Source: a virus
Length of the DNA: 64,000 bases
IMG/VR virus record: IMGVR_UViG_3300032245_000473
Span: 1 to 64,000 of that record
Reading direction: 5' to 3' (one strand)
The translations under genes and the position numbers were made by a program. The notes beneath the pieces were generated by a model. That model was not told the DNA's origin. It worked only from the letters and a program-made list of their open reading frames with translations, and did not search any database. Numbering within the stretch: the stretch's first letter is position 1; every line of letters starts with the position of its first letter. Positions 63,562 through 64,000 of this stretch are shown piece after piece.

Positions 63562-63990
63562 ATGCGCGGTACTCGCCGCCTTGCCTACTACCACGGCACC
63601 TCTCTTCCCAATGCCATGTCGATCATGCAGGGGGGATTCAGCACTGATACCCCGGAATCAAACGGCAGGACGTGGGGTCCCGGTGTGTACTTGGGGAACA
63701 CCGACGCCATGGCACGTGGTTATGGGGACCATGTAGTTGAAGCGGAGGTCGATGATTGGGTTCACGACTTCTTGGCGCGTGAGCCTCAGCAAGAGCATTA
63801 CGCCGGGGACCCTCGGGCTACCCAGCCTTCTCCGTGGGGTGACCCGCCTATGGAACTGGAAGAAGTACTCAAGCGGGAAGGGTTTGAGGGAGTTCAGCAC
63901 CGAACTGGCGAGGGGCGGGACCTAGAGACAGTGGTCTTTGACCCTAAGAGGGTCAAGCCCGTTGCTATCCAAGGTCCTTCCTTTACATGA
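63562..63990 (+). CDS. ADP-ribosyltransferase (PARP-like H-Y-E type)
   Basis: YYHGTS...SIMQGGF...WGPGVYL...ARGYG...ETVVFDP. Confidence 0.75.
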   Translation: MRGTRRLAYYHGTSLPNAMSIMQGGFSTDTPESNGRTWGPGVYLGNTDAMARGYGDHVVEAEVDDWVHDFLAREPQQEHYAGDPRATQPSPWGDPPMELEEVLKREGFEGVQHRTGEGRDLETVVFDPKRVKPVAIQGPSFT

Positions 63991-64000
63991 AGGACCCGCA

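Noticed and set aside
1-64000. Stop-codon reassignment, tRNA genes, integrase/att sites
   Set aside because: Genes tile densely under the standard code using all three stops; no tRNA cloverleaf or recombinase motif was recognised by eye (tRNAscan/ARAGORN would confirm).

Overview
The window is almost entirely one tailed-phage genome segment, with genes densely packed on the + strand and one reverse-strand gene (Dps). It encodes a contractile-tailed (myovirus) virion: terminase C-terminus, endolysin, SPP1-type portal, scaffold, N4-gp56-like major capsid protein, neck proteins, a large block of small fibre/decoration genes, sheath, tube, chaperone, tape measure with cell-wall hydrolase domains, baseplate and fibres (about 0.1-41.7 kb). 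A replication/recombination module follows (about 42-61 kb): UV-dimer glycosylase, SNase, lambda-O-like initiator with an internal iteron origin and DnaA box, degenerate DnaC-like protein, DnaB, primase, SNF2 helicase, phosphoesterase, Dps, SSB, family A polymerase, RecA, two Hjc-like nucleases, Cas4-like nuclease and SpoVS. The end holds a displaced baseplate spike gene, holin-like genes and ADP-ribosyltransferases. High GC, gene content and many leaderless TANNNT-N6-ATG starts suggest an actinobacterial host (inference). I saw no integrase, tRNA, CRISPR array or reverse transcriptase. The first ~120 bp look foreign (MBG/YDG-type adhesin repeat). The most unusual signals are: (i) a possible modular fibre system, with three small-subunit families matching three ~20-aa repeat scaffolds, plus split GDxW / KxWNGxxW docking motifs; (ii) GD(I/L)GD motifs around the enzyme domains of the tape measure; (iii) three ARTs of different clades, with clamp-binding-like motifs in one ART and several orphan proteins; (iv) a spike gene moved ~27 kb and fused to a C1q-like domain; (v) a UUU_CGC +1 frameshift candidate; and (vi) a two-state 5' leader upstream of an apparently inactive DnaC-like ATPase. 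All product calls come from motif recognition by eye; no database searches were run.
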